From Candidatus Sungiibacteriota bacterium (lineage in GTDB: Bacteria; Patescibacteriota; Minisyncoccia; Sungbacterales; HO2-52-23), in NCBI GenBank assembly GCA_016180435.1, contig JACPBG010000001.1, positions 283,107-347,106 of the forward strand: 64,000 bases of DNA. The letters run 5' to 3'. The notes under the pieces are model-generated. The model searched no databases, was not told where the DNA came from, and was given only the letters and a program-made list of their open reading frames with translations. A program made the translations under genes and the position numbers. Within the stretch, counting starts at the first letter, position 1, and each line of letters begins with the position of its first letter. Shown piece after piece: positions 52,392 to 63,068 of the stretch.

Positions 52392-53921
52392 CTATCGAGC
52401 ATACTCCACAACCCTTGTTTCCCTTATCACATGCACTTTTATCTCTCCCGGATACTTCAATTCCGCCTCCACTTGTTGCGCGATTTTTCGCGCAAGTTCC
52501 CGCGCTTCAAAATCGCTGATTTTCTCCGGCGTCACAAAAATTCTGATCTCTCGTCCTCCGGAAATCGCGTAGGCCTTCTCCACTCCGTCCATGGCAGCTG
52601 CAATACGTTCCAAATCCTCTAAACGCTTTAAATATGCTTCAATAGTATCTCGGCGCGCACCCGGGCGGGAAGCGGAAATCGCATCCACGGTCTGCACGAT
52701 CACGGATTCAAGGGTCTCATACGGATATTCCTCGTGATGCGATTGCATGGCCTGGATCACTTTAACGTCCACCCCGAATTTTTGCAAAATCCTGCGACCG
52801 ATCTCAACATGCGTTCCGGTGACTTCATGGTCCACGGCTTTTCCAATATCATGCAAAAGCGCGCCTTTCTTAGCGATTGCCACATCCCCTCCGACTTCGG
52901 ATGCCAGCATTCCGGCCAAATGCGTCATCTCAATTGAATGTTGTAGCACGTTTTGGCCGTAACTTGTGCGGAATTTTAAACGCCCCACCAGCGTCAATAG
53001 CCGCGGATCCAAATCAAAAATCCCAACCTCATACGCGGCTTTTTCTCCGGCATCCTTTATTTGCTTTTCAATTTCTTCGCGCGCCTTCTCTACCGTTTCT
53101 TCGATCCTGGCGGGCTGTATGCGGCCATCCTGAATCAGCATTTCCAGAGATGCTTTGGCGATCTGGCGCCGAACCGGATCAAAAGAAGATATCACAATTG
53201 ATCCCGGGGTATCATCCACAATCACTTCAACGCCGGCCGCGCGTTCCAGCGCCTTAATGTTCCTACCCTCACGGCCGATGATTTTTCCTTTCAAATCATC
53301 CGAAGGAATCGCAACCGTTGTGGTAGTAACTTCGGATGTCGTGGGAGTCGCCAAACGCTGGATAAGCGCGGCCAGAGTATTTTTGGCTTTACGCTCCAGT
53401 TCCTCCATTCCGGATTGTTCCATTTTTTTCACGCGCACCATAAGATCCTCGGCGTGCTCTTTTTGCACTTTTTGCATTACGGCATTAACCGCGTCTTCCT
53501 TGGAAAGCCCGGAAATGCGTTCAAGCTCTTTCAGGGACTTGGCTTTGGCATCTTCTATTTCAACTTTAATTGTCTTCAAACGCTCAATTTTATCTTCCAA
53601 GTCCTTTTCTTTTTGCTCAAAATCGGCTCTGCGTTTATCAATCGAGGTTTCCCGCTCCAAAACCCTCTCCTCCAATTTACGAATTTGGCTAATGCGCTCT
53701 TTTTCCTCTTTTTTGGCCTCGTCCACAACCCTGCCGGCCCTTTCCTTGGCATCCAACAAAATTTCCTTGGCTTCGGTTTTGGAATCTTCAATAAGTTTCT
53801 TTAACTTGGCCTCTATTGAGGATTTCCGGCGCTGAGCCACGAGTTGCCGCAGCAAATACCCGCCGCCAACGCCCGCAACGAGTATAAGAATTGCCCCTCC
53901 AAATAAAAATAGCGGATCCAT
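52392..53921 (-). CDS. rny: ribonuclease Y
   Basis: N-terminal TM, a long coiled coil, KH domain (IIGREGRNIKALE) and HD domain (HSIEMTHLAGMLASEVGGD…LLHDIGK). Confidence 0.9.
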   Translation of the reverse strand: MDPLFLFGGAILILVAGVGGGYLLRQLVAQRRKSSIEAKLKKLIEDSKTEAKEILLDAKERAGRVVDEAKKEEKERISQIRKLEERVLERETSIDKRRADFEQKEKDLEDKIERLKTIKVEIEDAKAKSLKELERISGLSKEDAVNAVMQKVQKEHAEDLMVRVKKMEQSGMEELERKAKNTLAALIQRLATPTTSEVTTTTVAIPSDDLKGKIIGREGRNIKALERAAGVEVIVDDTPGSIVISSFDPVRRQIAKASLEMLIQDGRIQPARIEETVEKAREEIEKQIKDAGEKAAYEVGIFDLDPRLLTLVGRLKFRTSYGQNVLQHSIEMTHLAGMLASEVGGDVAIAKKGALLHDIGKAVDHEVTGTHVEIGRRILQKFGVDVKVIQAMQSHHEEYPYETLESVIVQTVDAISASRPGARRDTIEAYLKRLEDLERIAAAMDGVEKAYAISGGREIRIFVTPEKISDFEARELARKIAQQVEAELKYPGEIKVHVIRETRVVEYAR

Positions 53922-54147
53922 AAAAATAGTCCGAGAAAAACCGAAAGAATAGGAGAAATTTCAAATTACCGATTACGTAAAATCGGTTCGAAAAACACGA
54001 TAATTCTGGATGAGAGAATTTTTAAAAGCACGTTTAGAAGTGAAAAATCGGGCAAATTATCCTTTTCCTCTGCGTTTTTCTCGAGTCCTTAAATTTAGTA
54101 AAAATCGATAATATATTTCTATAACGCTAAGTTTAACAAGGATGGTT

Positions 54148-54630
54148 TCAAATGTCAAGCACGCGCGTCATTTCTCTGATATCAATTTTATCCACGCGCC
54201 GCCGGAGTTTGGACTTATAGACAATCAAATCCTTTTTGGGAATAATGCGGACGCGCTCCCCGAAAACTATTTTAGTCCTGTATTTATGCAAATTATCATC
54301 GGCAGGCACCCAGCGCTTTTTCTTTTTATCAAATAGTTTGGCGCGGCTTGCGGCAACATCTATTAACTGGCCGCGATATTTAAGCGTCATCAAAAATATA
54401 TCAAAGCCCTCGCCCCTATACTGTTCCGGCCCAAAAACAATATATTTTTTAACGTCCGCCAAAATGTTTTTAAATTTCTTTTCGGGAATATCAATATCAA
54501 TGTCAAGCAATTTACGTTTTGCCCCGTAAATTTCAGCGGCCAAACCGCCCTCAATCAAATACGGCACGCGGTGCTTTTTCAAAATGCGCATGATCCAATG
54601 AAACGCGGCTTTGATATTTCGCATATGCAT
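54148..54630 (-). CDS. nucleotidyltransferase-fold protein (Pol-beta superfamily, Lnu/ANT-like)
   Basis: YLIEGGLAAEIYGAKRKLLDIDIDI has the hG[GS] and DxD motifs of minimal nucleotidyltransferases. Confidence 0.4.
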   Translation of the reverse strand: MHMRNIKAAFHWIMRILKKHRVPYLIEGGLAAEIYGAKRKLLDIDIDIPEKKFKNILADVKKYIVFGPEQYRGEGFDIFLMTLKYRGQLIDVAASRAKLFDKKKKRWVPADDNLHKYRTKIVFGERVRIIPKKDLIVYKSKLRRRVDKIDIREMTRVLDI

Positions 54631-54666
54631 ATTTTATCATAGCTAACGATGTGCTAAAATAGCTAA

Positions 54667-56253
54667 ATGACCAAACCCAAACCCCTAATATTAGTAATTC
54701 TTGACGGATTCGGCATATCAACCGAAAAAACCGGTAATCCGGTGGAAGTTGCCAAAAAACCTGTTTGGCAGGAACTGGAAAAAAAATTCCCTTTCACGCT
54801 TTTACAGGCATCCGGCGTTGCTGTCGGACTTCCCTGGGGGGAATCCGGAAATTCCGAAGTGGGGCATTTAACCATTGGCGCCGGGCGCGTGATTTACCAT
54901 CACCTGCCGCGAATCGTGTATTCTATTTATGACGGATCGTTTTTCAAAAACAAGGCATTTTTACAGGCAACCGCGCATGTAAAAACACACGGCTCGCGCC
55001 TGCATATTGCGGGACTCGTGTCCTCCGGTTCGGTCCATAGCTACATTGACCATCTTTATGCCCTGCTTGATACGGCCGAACGCGAAAACGTGCCGGAAGT
55101 TTTCATCCATATATTTACCGACGGCAAAGACGCCTATCCGCAAGAAGGCGCCAAATTCATCGGAATGCTGGAGGAGCGGATGAAAAAAGAATGGCCGCAT
55201 GCGCATTTGGCGTCCGTGATCGGAAGATTTTTTGCGCTGGATCGGGACAACAACTGGGACCGGGTAAAAAAAGCGTATGATCTTCTAACCATAGGGGCTG
55301 GAGAAAAAATAACATCAATCCCCCAGCATATCGCCGCATCCTATGCGCAAAATATCACGGATGAATTCGTGGAGCCCGCTATTGTCGTTGGGGATGATAA
55401 AAATCCGGTCGGCGTAATCCGTGAAAATGATGCCCTTATATTTTCTGATTTCCGTGAGGACTCCATGCGTGAAATTTCACGCGCCTTCGCGGATGCAGAA
55501 TTCTCGCAATTCCCGCGCGAACCCATAAAAAACTTGCGGGTAGTCACCATGACCGAATACCAAAAAGGGACAGAAGCCCTTCCGGCATTTCCCACGCTGG
55601 ATGTTACCTGGCCTCTCACCCGCGTACTTTCCGATTCGGGACTTTCACATCTGCACATTGCCGAGACCCAAAAATACGCCCATGTTACTTATTTTCTAAA
55701 CGGCGGCCGGGAAGAGCCGTTTCCGCATGAGGAAAGGATCTTGATTCCTTCGCTGGTTGCCGCGCATTATGACGAGATGCCGGAAATGCGCGCGCGCGAT
55801 ATTACTAACAAAATTCTTGAGCGATTCAATGATTATGATGTTATTATTGCAAACCTGGCTAATACCGATATGGTCGGGCATTCCGGAAATTTTGAGGCCG
55901 CGGTGCATGCGATTGAAACCGTGGATGAGTGTTTGGGAGAACTTCTGAATGCCGTGATGAATTCCGGGGCATTGCTGGTAATTACCGCGGACCACGGAAA
56001 CATTGAACGCAAGCGGAATATAATAACCGGAGAAGCCAGCACCAAACATTCGGTGAATCCGGTTCCGCTTTTTCTGGTGAGCCGGGAATTGCGGCGGGAA
56101 AAGTTGCGGACCGAGGAGGAAATCTTGCAGAAAAAATCCGAGATTGACGGAATTTTAACGGATATTGCGCCCACCCTGCTGGAAATTCTGGGGATAAAGA
56201 AGCCGCAGGAAATGACGGGAAAAAGTTTGCTTTCAATTCTTTTATCTCGGTAA
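54667..56253 (+). CDS. gpmI: 2,3-bisphosphoglycerate-independent phosphoglycerate mutase
   Basis: ILDGFGIS…GNSEVGHLTIGAGRVIYHHLPRI, and C-terminal ITADHGN. Confidence 0.9.
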   Translation: MTKPKPLILVILDGFGISTEKTGNPVEVAKKPVWQELEKKFPFTLLQASGVAVGLPWGESGNSEVGHLTIGAGRVIYHHLPRIVYSIYDGSFFKNKAFLQATAHVKTHGSRLHIAGLVSSGSVHSYIDHLYALLDTAERENVPEVFIHIFTDGKDAYPQEGAKFIGMLEERMKKEWPHAHLASVIGRFFALDRDNNWDRVKKAYDLLTIGAGEKITSIPQHIAASYAQNITDEFVEPAIVVGDDKNPVGVIRENDALIFSDFREDSMREISRAFADAEFSQFPREPIKNLRVVTMTEYQKGTEALPAFPTLDVTWPLTRVLSDSGLSHLHIAETQKYAHVTYFLNGGREEPFPHEERILIPSLVAAHYDEMPEMRARDITNKILERFNDYDVIIANLANTDMVGHSGNFEAAVHAIETVDECLGELLNAVMNSGALLVITADHGNIERKRNIITGEASTKHSVNPVPLFLVSRELRREKLRTEEEILQKKSEIDGILTDIAPTLLEILGIKKPQEMTGKSLLSILLSR

Positions 56254-56530
56254 TATGCTCTCCGCTCAAGAGTTTCAGTGTGAAAAAAATGGAGCCGAAA
56301 ATGTAACGGGAACCCTCCGGCAAAGCCGGTTTCCCTTGTTACATTTTCTCACCATTTTTTATCCACACTTCCACAATTTCGCGAAAGAGCATATTACCTC
56401 GCCTTAACAGAATTGAAAGATTGGGATAGAAATATGGTTTGCTAAATGTATCCGCCAACGGCGGAATTTTATATAAGATAGGGTTGAAAAAACTGACCAT
56501 AGATGTTATGTTCATTCCAGTTCGTTTCAA

Positions 56531-57196
56531 ATGACTGTCGGGCTGGAAAAAAATATGATTTCACAAAGCATCTCTTTGATCGGAATGTCAAATGTCGGAA
56601 AATCACACTGGAGAGAAAAGATTGCTCCTTTGGGTTTTACCCCATTTTGCTGTGATGATCTTATTGAGAAAAAACTCGAACCGTATCTCCGCACAAACGG
56701 ATTTCACGGAATAGAGGATATTGCCAAATGGATGGGGCAACCCTATGATCAACAATATCCGGCTAATAGCGCGCTTTATCTGAAAAAAGAGGCCGCTGTG
56801 ATGAAAGAGATTATCCGAGAATTACGAAAAGGACGGAAACGCTTAATCATTGATACAACCGGCAGCGTAATTTATCTGGAAGAGAAAATCTTGGATGCGC
56901 TGCGAAAACTAAGCATCGTGGTCTTACTTGATACGCCGGAAAATTTCCAGCAAGAACTTTACCGCAAGTATCTTTTAAATCCTAAACCGGTCATCTGGGG
57001 AGACGCTTATCAACCTCTTCCAGGCGAAAATCCTAAAGACGCGCTAACCCGCTACTATCCGTTACTGCTGAAAAGCCGTAACAAGATGTACCGACGCCAC
57101 GCCCAAATTATCCTTGATTATGACAAGTTAAGAGCGCGGGAATTCAATGCCCAAAAATTTCTGGAAGAAGTTGAGCTTCTTCTTGGACAAAAATAA
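56531..57196 (+). CDS. P-loop kinase, shikimate-kinase-like (AAA_33 type)
   Basis: LIGMSNVGKSHWREKIAPLGFTPFCCDDLIE parallels the shikimate kinase Walker A region. Confidence 0.4.
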   Translation: MTVGLEKNMISQSISLIGMSNVGKSHWREKIAPLGFTPFCCDDLIEKKLEPYLRTNGFHGIEDIAKWMGQPYDQQYPANSALYLKKEAAVMKEIIRELRKGRKRLIIDTTGSVIYLEEKILDALRKLSIVVLLDTPENFQQELYRKYLLNPKPVIWGDAYQPLPGENPKDALTRYYPLLLKSRNKMYRRHAQIILDYDKLRAREFNAQKFLEEVELLLGQK

Positions 57197-57283
57197 TGTT
57201 AAACACCGAGTGTCACACATTTTATTGACAGATTTCGTGGCGGCCGTATACTGACAATAGTTCTAAAGCTTATCGGGGTTTTT

Positions 57284-57550
57284 ATGCCGGATCCGAAAAT
57301 TGGAGATCTTTGTCTGTTCGATCAAATACCAGTGGGTGCGGTATTTCAGGCCTATAATAAGAAAGGCGAGCCGTTCCAGGCCTACTTCGTTAAAGACACG
57401 CCTGAATGGGTATTTCAGGCACGGCAACTCGAGAAAAATAAGTGGAAACGCGCAGGCGGAGCTGGCGGTTATGTCGGACGCATATGCAAATATATTGCCG
57501 GACCCGAAAACGTCGAACCCGATTCGCCGGACATAATCCGCCCCCTCTAA
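57284..57550 (+). CDS. hypothetical protein
   Basis: 88-aa ORF with no motif. It follows the kinase on the same strand. Confidence 0.3.
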   Translation: MPDPKIGDLCLFDQIPVGAVFQAYNKKGEPFQAYFVKDTPEWVFQARQLEKNKWKRAGGAGGYVGRICKYIAGPENVEPDSPDIIRPL

Positions 57551-57602
57551 GCCGCAATCAAAGTTAATTAATTCGCCAAAAGGTGTCACCTTTGGCGATT
57601 TT

Positions 57603-58838
57603 TTATTTCTGAATTTCTACTTTCCGCAAAAAGAATAATCCAATGGCGACAAATATAGCCATGGAGGCAACGGCCAAACGATAACGCGCCGGGCCCAACC
57701 CAATGAAAAAATAAGTTATTGATCCCCAAGCAAGCGGCCCCACCAGGGTTGAAACACGCTCCGCCAAAGTATAAAAGCTGAATCCAAAGTTTAATTTTTC
57801 CGGAGGACAAAGCGCCGTCATGGCTGCCCGGGTTACCGTCCAAATTGCTCCGAAAAGAAATCCCATCAAAACGCACAAAACCACAAAAACAGTAAAGTTT
57901 GTTGTTAAGCCAAAAAGCGGAAACAACAATACCCAGCTTCCCAAAACAATCAGAAGTGCTTTTTTAAGTCCGATCTTATCCGCAACCCATCCGGAAAAAA
58001 GAGCGCCAAATATAGACGTAAAGAGTATGCCGACCAGAATCAGCGATTTAATACTATCAGAAACCGCAAAAACATTTTCAACATAAATGGGGAAATTACC
58101 TGAGGCGGTAATAATAGCATCGCTAAAAAAGAAATATGCAAGAAGAAAAAATCCCATATGCGGAGCGCGAATCAACTCATTAAATTTTCTCCATTGATTT
58201 TTATACTCCGCTACAAGTTTAATTTTCTCCGCCGCTTTTACTTCTTTCTTTGGTATCTTGAAAAAAACAAGCATGGGCAACGCCAGAAGAAAAAATATAA
58301 AAACTGCCGGAAGAAACGTCTGCGCACGCCCGGGTTCGCCGAAAAGATATAGCGCGCCTCCGGCAAAAGGAAGCGCCAACAAAAGTCCGGCAATTTGCCC
58401 CGAATAATTCCCGGCCTGCCCGATACCGGACGCCATCCCCTGTTTATCCGATGACGCAACATGGCGGAGAAGCGCGTTATAAAAAACAAAAGAAAACTGA
58501 TAAAAATAATTCGCACCAAGAAACAAGGCGGCTGCCAAAAATACTTTCTGCGTAAAAAAGAGAGTGGTAATCGAAGTCAGAAGATAGAAAATGAACACCA
58601 AAACTGTAATCACATTAAAATAAAGAAGCTGTCTTCCGGTTTTATCCGCAATACTGCCCAGTACCGGCGCAGTAAGAAGAAGGATCGCCGATCCTATCGT
58701 AAAAATCATATTATACCAAAAATCCGGGACCCCCTTATCCACCACCAGCCACTGGGAAAAATAAAGAAAGAAAACGATACTGACTATAGAATTGGCAAAA
58801 TCATACAGAGTCCAGAAAAAAATATTTTTCCTATTCAT
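57603..58838 (-). CDS. MFS-type membrane transporter
   Basis: 411 aa with 12 predicted TM helices, and a GxxADKxGRQ-like motif (GSIADKTGRQLL) in loop 2-3. Confidence 0.75.
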   Translation of the reverse strand: MNRKNIFFWTLYDFANSIVSIVFFLYFSQWLVVDKGVPDFWYNMIFTIGSAILLLTAPVLGSIADKTGRQLLYFNVITVLVFIFYLLTSITTLFFTQKVFLAAALFLGANYFYQFSFVFYNALLRHVASSDKQGMASGIGQAGNYSGQIAGLLLALPFAGGALYLFGEPGRAQTFLPAVFIFFLLALPMLVFFKIPKKEVKAAEKIKLVAEYKNQWRKFNELIRAPHMGFFLLAYFFFSDAIITASGNFPIYVENVFAVSDSIKSLILVGILFTSIFGALFSGWVADKIGLKKALLIVLGSWVLLFPLFGLTTNFTVFVVLCVLMGFLFGAIWTVTRAAMTALCPPEKLNFGFSFYTLAERVSTLVGPLAWGSITYFFIGLGPARYRLAVASMAIFVAIGLFFLRKVEIQK

Positions 58839-59113
58839 ACAAATAATAATAACACAACAAATATTTAGACAGAAACGAAAAATAAAAAGCGCGGAATGCG
58901 CTACCTTGAGAAAACTCTCACCCTCTCCGCAGAAAATGGAATAAGCGAGGCACTATGCATTTTTGCGAAATTTGCGTAGGTGCGGATACAAATAAATGAA
59001 CGAGGCAACAAGGGAAGCCGCGAGCGGACGTAGCGGAGGGCTCCCGTTGCCGAGCGAATATTATTTGTCCGCACCGTAGCACTTGAGCAAAATGCATGGT
59101 GCCGAGCAAAAAC

Positions 59114-59731
59114 CTATTTACCACTCACCTTCCTTTTTATTATCTCATCAATCAACCCGTACTTTTTCGCCTCCTCGGCATTCATCCAAAAATCCCGATC
59201 CGTATCTTTTTCCACCTGCTCCAACGGCCTGCCGGTATGTTTGGCCAGAATCTTATTTAAACTATCCTTGATTTTTACGATATGCCGCGCGGAGATTTCA
59301 ATATCAATGGCCTGCCCTTCCGCGCCTCCCATGACCTGATGCAATAAAATTTCGGAATTTGGCAGCATAAAGCGCTTGTTTTTAGCGCCGGATGCCAAAA
59401 GCACGGCTGCCATGGAGGCCGCCACGCCAACGCATACGGTTGAAACATCTGGCTTCACATACTGCATGGCATCATAAATTGCCATCCCGGCGGTTACCGA
59501 ACCACCCGGAGAATTTATATATAGTTTAATATCTTTTTTCTCATCCTCGGATTCAAGAAACAAAAGCTGGGCAATAATCGCGTTTGCCACCGGATCCATA
59601 ATCGGCCCGCCCAAAAATATGATCCGCTCTTTCAGAAGCCGCGAATAGATGTCATAGGCCCGCTCCCCATAATGAGTCTTTTCCACCACGGTCGGTATTA
59701 AAAATTGATTGTAATATTGTTCGTCTTCCAT
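59114..59731 (-). CDS. clpP: ATP-dependent Clp protease proteolytic subunit
   Basis: …[20 protein letters not shown]…, with the catalytic Ser-His-Asp arrangement. Confidence 0.9.
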   Translation of the reverse strand: MEDEQYYNQFLIPTVVEKTHYGERAYDIYSRLLKERIIFLGGPIMDPVANAIIAQLLFLESEDEKKDIKLYINSPGGSVTAGMAIYDAMQYVKPDVSTVCVGVAASMAAVLLASGAKNKRFMLPNSEILLHQVMGGAEGQAIDIEISARHIVKIKDSLNKILAKHTGRPLEQVEKDTDRDFWMNAEEAKKYGLIDEIIKRKVSGK

Positions 59732-59732
59732 G

Positions 59733-59776
59733 GATTTTACGAAATACGAATTACTACGAATTTACGAATAATTTTA
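59733..59776. repeat. TACGAAT-family short copy abutting the clpP start
   Basis: TTTTACGAAATACGAATTACTACGAATTTACGAATAATTTT. Confidence 0.5.
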
Positions 59777-60031
59777 ATAAGTACTTGAGGTGCGGCGTTT
59801 AATTTCAAAAATATATATTACCATCCGTTCTTCATAAATTTCAAATTTAATACGATAAGAGCCAATTCTCTTTCTCCACACCCTATCATCGCCCGCCATC
59901 TTTTGTACATCTCCATCATGGGGATCCACCCCGATTTCATCAATAGCGCGCAAAATATGTTCGGAATAATCTTTTGGAACTTTTTTAAATTGCTTTTTTG
60001 CTTTTCCGCGTATGTATAAGTGCCAATTCAT
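59774..60031 (-). CDS. RelE/ParE-family type II toxin
   Basis: WRKRIGSYRIKFEIYEERMVIYIFEIKRR. Confidence 0.6.
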   Translation of the reverse strand: MNWHLYIRGKAKKQFKKVPKDYSEHILRAIDEIGVDPHDGDVQKMAGDDRVWRKRIGSYRIKFEIYEERMVIYIFEIKRRTSSTY

Positions 60032-60272
60032 GTTTTAGGTCCTCCCATTTAATAAATTTACCTTCGCTAAAATCCCGTCGTGCGCGAGCCAATTCTCGTA
60101 ATTCTCCGGCTGTGGGTTTGAATGTGCGTGAGGATTTAACCCATTTCTGCCATTGCAAAAATTCCTCATACATATTGGGTGTCACCGCAATAAGGTTTTT
60201 ACTTTTGGTAAATTCTTTCGGAATCGTGATGGTGGGCATGTTCATTTTGCTCAAATTAAATTCAAAGCTCAT
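59985..60272 (-). CDS. putative antitoxin (paralog of the 60983-61228 product)
   Basis: Likely start MPTITIPKEFT at 60239. It overlaps the toxin gene. Confidence 0.45.
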   Translation of the reverse strand: MSFEFNLSKMNMPTITIPKEFTKSKNLIAVTPNMYEEFLQWQKWVKSSRTFKPTAGELRELARARRDFSEGKFIKWEDLKHELALIHTRKSKKAI

Positions 60273-60277
60273 ATTTA

Positions 60278-60625
60278 TTATGCGGGGCGATTCCCCCAGA
60301 GGCCATCAATTTCTTTAGATTTTTCCTGAAAGAATTTGGTTAATTTCTCCATAGCTTCTTTGCCTAGGGGTTTGGTCTCATCTCCATATCTCGAACGGCG
60401 ATCCAATGTATCAAGAAAACCATTTATTGCGTTAGTGAGCTCTGAATTATCCTCGGTACGGGACATCAACCTATACAAAATCGTTTCATGCTTTGCGGCC
60501 TGAATCTGTCCTGTTTTTTTCTGTAATTCTGATGCATGCTCTTTATATTTATCCCGCTGTACGAGTATTGGATTCTTAATTTGTTCTTGGGATTTTTGTG
60601 ATTCAACTTTTGGTAGTCTTTCCAT
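60278..60625 (-). CDS. hypothetical helical protein
   Basis: 115 aa, charged and helical, with no motif. Confidence 0.3.
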   Translation of the reverse strand: MERLPKVESQKSQEQIKNPILVQRDKYKEHASELQKKTGQIQAAKHETILYRLMSRTEDNSELTNAINGFLDTLDRRSRYGDETKPLGKEAMEKLTKFFQEKSKEIDGLWGNRPA

Positions 60626-60715
60626 AATTGTTACCTTTATTTATCCTTTTCCAAAAACTCAAATACTTTTTCATTGCGCAGTATACCAATCTAATTTAAA
60701 ACAAATTCTAATGTT

Positions 60716-60976
60716 TCAATACGGCGTTCTCAAAATTGCATGGGTTCCGGCGCGACGCATAATATACCTATTTCCGGAGATCTGAAACGTGAACCGCCAC
60801 TGTCTGCTTATGCGTCCCTCCCAAACCGAGGAATGTCCTTCCATTTTCTTAATTCCCAGCGAGAAACGCCGAGAATTTTCCAAAAGGTAAGCAAGTTGTT
60901 TATCCAAGCGTTTCTGGATACTTACAGGTAAATCCCGATAGTCGCGCTCAAAAGATTTCGTTAACTGAATTTCCAT
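60716..60976 (-). CDS. RelE/ParE-family type II toxin (second copy)
   Basis: WEGRISRQWRFTFQISGNRYIMRRAGTH. Confidence 0.55.
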   Translation of the reverse strand: MEIQLTKSFERDYRDLPVSIQKRLDKQLAYLLENSRRFSLGIKKMEGHSSVWEGRISRQWRFTFQISGNRYIMRRAGTHAILRTPY

Positions 60977-60982
60977 GTCATA

Positions 60983-61228
60983 TTACTGTTTTTTAAGTTT
61001 ATGCAGAGCGAACACAAGTTCCCGCCTCGTCCTATAGGGCTTACTCATTTTTCCAAATTTTATATCGTTCTCGGCCTCATGCTCTTTTTTTTGCCACTCC
61101 GCGCTCCAAAACCATTCTTGGCTTTTGGGAATAATTCTGGCAATCCGAAGCAAGTCCTCGTATTCTTTCCGAGGAATGGTGACCGTATTCCCATTCGTTA
61201 TTTTTTTCGGAATCGTGATGGTGGGCAT
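60983..61228 (-). CDS. putative antitoxin (paralog; MPTITIPKKIT…)
   Basis: Shares the N-terminal MPTITIPK with the 59985-60272 product. It sits directly upstream of the toxin. Confidence 0.45.
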   Translation of the reverse strand: MPTITIPKKITNGNTVTIPRKEYEDLLRIARIIPKSQEWFWSAEWQKKEHEAENDIKFGKMSKPYRTRRELVFALHKLKKQ

Positions 61229-61252
61229 AAATTAAATAATTTCCATTTTTTA

Positions 61253-62065
61253 CTATTTATGTTGCGAGCGCCATTGTTTAAAAATAGGGTCTTCTTTCAA
61301 TTTTTGATGCCAATTTGATTGATAAAATTTATTTAAAGTGGTTTCCCATTCCAGCTGATGACGCATAATTTCCGGATCATTCCTGTGTTCCGCATAAAAA
61401 TTATAGATCGGAATTGCTCCTCCATACAAACCCACCAAAGGAATAGCGGCGTCCGTTAGTTCTTTTCCATGTTTTTCTTTGTGGCTTTTTTCCTCTGCGA
61501 AATCATAAATTGCCCTATCCGGATATCCTTTCTCAAATCCTACATTCAGCGAATCCACTTTTAAATGCCGTGGAATTACACCCTCCTGTTGCAGCCGTTT
61601 CATATTTTCCTCCAAACTAATTCTCCATTGGGGAACCGCATCCCATCCTTTTGACGAATCAAATGGAGTAATACCTGGGATTTTACTCCGGCGTGATGTA
61701 AATTCGTATCCTTTTAGCGACTCAACTTCAACACCGATAAATTTTCCCCCATTATGCAATTTTTCACTAAACTCGCGAACATTGAATCGCACTCCCTGCG
61801 GCTCCGATAACGCATTAAGTTTTTTAATGGTTTCTAAATCCTTTTCCTCGGCATTATCAATAAAAAGTTCGGTCTGCCCACGCGCGCCCGCAACCGTGAG
61901 TACCACATTTGCATCTACTAAGTAAGTTCCTATTTTAGGATCAATTTGGGTATACCACTCTTCAGCCCTCTCCGCCGCCCATTCCGCAGCTTTCTCAACA
62001 TTAAATTCAGTCTTTCCATCCCGCCTGATCAGACCGGCACCTTCAAATTTTCTCAGTCCTTCCAT
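61253..62065 (-). CDS. hypothetical protein (270 aa), embedded in the TA island
   Basis: No confident motif. Confidence 0.3.
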   Translation of the reverse strand: MEGLRKFEGAGLIRRDGKTEFNVEKAAEWAAERAEEWYTQIDPKIGTYLVDANVVLTVAGARGQTELFIDNAEEKDLETIKKLNALSEPQGVRFNVREFSEKLHNGGKFIGVEVESLKGYEFTSRRSKIPGITPFDSSKGWDAVPQWRISLEENMKRLQQEGVIPRHLKVDSLNVGFEKGYPDRAIYDFAEEKSHKEKHGKELTDAAIPLVGLYGGAIPIYNFYAEHRNDPEIMRHQLEWETTLNKFYQSNWHQKLKEDPIFKQWRSQHK

Positions 62066-62070
62066 AAAAT

Positions 62071-62397
62071 TTATTTCATGGATTTTTCCACAAAATATTT
62101 CAACTGCACATTTCCCGCACGATCCATTCGTACTATCAAAACAAGTCCTTTTGCGCCCTTAAACTGTTTTTCCACATAGGCACCAGCCCATTCCTTATTA
62201 TTTTGATTCCAGCTATCAACCATCTTCCCAATATTTTCCATGGTAAAATACTGGTTCTTTATCACTTCAATCATCGCTCGAAGTTCTCTTGATCCCTCTA
62301 TAAAATTATCCAGTCGCTCCTTTTGCATCTCAAGTTGCGGCACTTTCATTTCTATTATCGGACCAATATGAAATTTTTCCTGTTTTGGCCTTTCCAT
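62071..62397 (-). CDS. hypothetical protein (108 aa)
   Basis: ORF only. Confidence 0.3.
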   Translation of the reverse strand: MERPKQEKFHIGPIIEMKVPQLEMQKERLDNFIEGSRELRAMIEVIKNQYFTMENIGKMVDSWNQNNKEWAGAYVEKQFKGAKGLVLIVRMDRAGNVQLKYFVEKSMK

Positions 62398-62402
62398 AAA
62401 AA

Positions 62403-62675
62403 TTAATCTGCATTAAAACCCACCCATATAATTACCAAATTCAAAATTGCAAGTAGAGTATACGTCGTCAACAGTAAAATATCAAAATCTTTCCGAATAT
62501 CAAGCTTTTTGCGCAGTGATTCACCTAAAAATATTGCCACACTCACTGATACTACACTAAACGCCTTTGCAGCACTTTCCGGTTTTCCCCAATAAGAATA
62601 AAAATAAAAAATTATGCCAACAACCACGATCAAGACACCTATAAAAATCCTCGGTAAATTATCTTTGTCGTACAT
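62403..62675 (-). CDS. small membrane protein (2-3 TM)
   Basis: Hydrophobic 90-aa ORF. Confidence 0.3.
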   Translation of the reverse strand: MYDKDNLPRIFIGVLIVVVGIIFYFYSYWGKPESAAKAFSVVSVSVAIFLGESLRKKLDIRKDFDILLLTTYTLLAILNLVIIWVGFNAD

Positions 62676-62729
62676 AAATTAAGATGCTCTATAAAAACTA
62701 AAACACTTTTTCGTTGCGCAATATGCAAA

Positions 62730-63068
62730 TTAAAATTCTTGGATTATGTGCTTGATTTGTTCCTTCAATCTCGGCAGATCATCCTGAATCGTGTCCCATA
62801 CGGCGCGGATATCTACCACAAAATATTCATGTATTAACACGTCTCGCATCCCGGCGATTTTCTGCCACGGAATCTCGCTATGCTTATCTTTAAACTCATC
62901 CGGAATATTTTTAACCGCCTCGCCGATTATCTCCAATCGCCGGATTACAGCATCCTGGTCGCGTTCGGAAACAAGAAAAGTTTTAATTGTCTGTCCTTGG
63001 GCGTAATTCTCAATCGCTTCAATACTTTCCAGAATATGCTCAAGATATATTTTAGGATCTTTAGCCAT
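62730..63068 (-). CDS. HepT-like (DUF86) HEPN toxin
   Basis: C-terminal Rx4HxY motif (RDVLIHEY). Confidence 0.7.
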   Translation of the reverse strand: MAKDPKIYLEHILESIEAIENYAQGQTIKTFLVSERDQDAVIRRLEIIGEAVKNIPDEFKDKHSEIPWQKIAGMRDVLIHEYFVVDIRAVWDTIQDDLPRLKEQIKHIIQEF

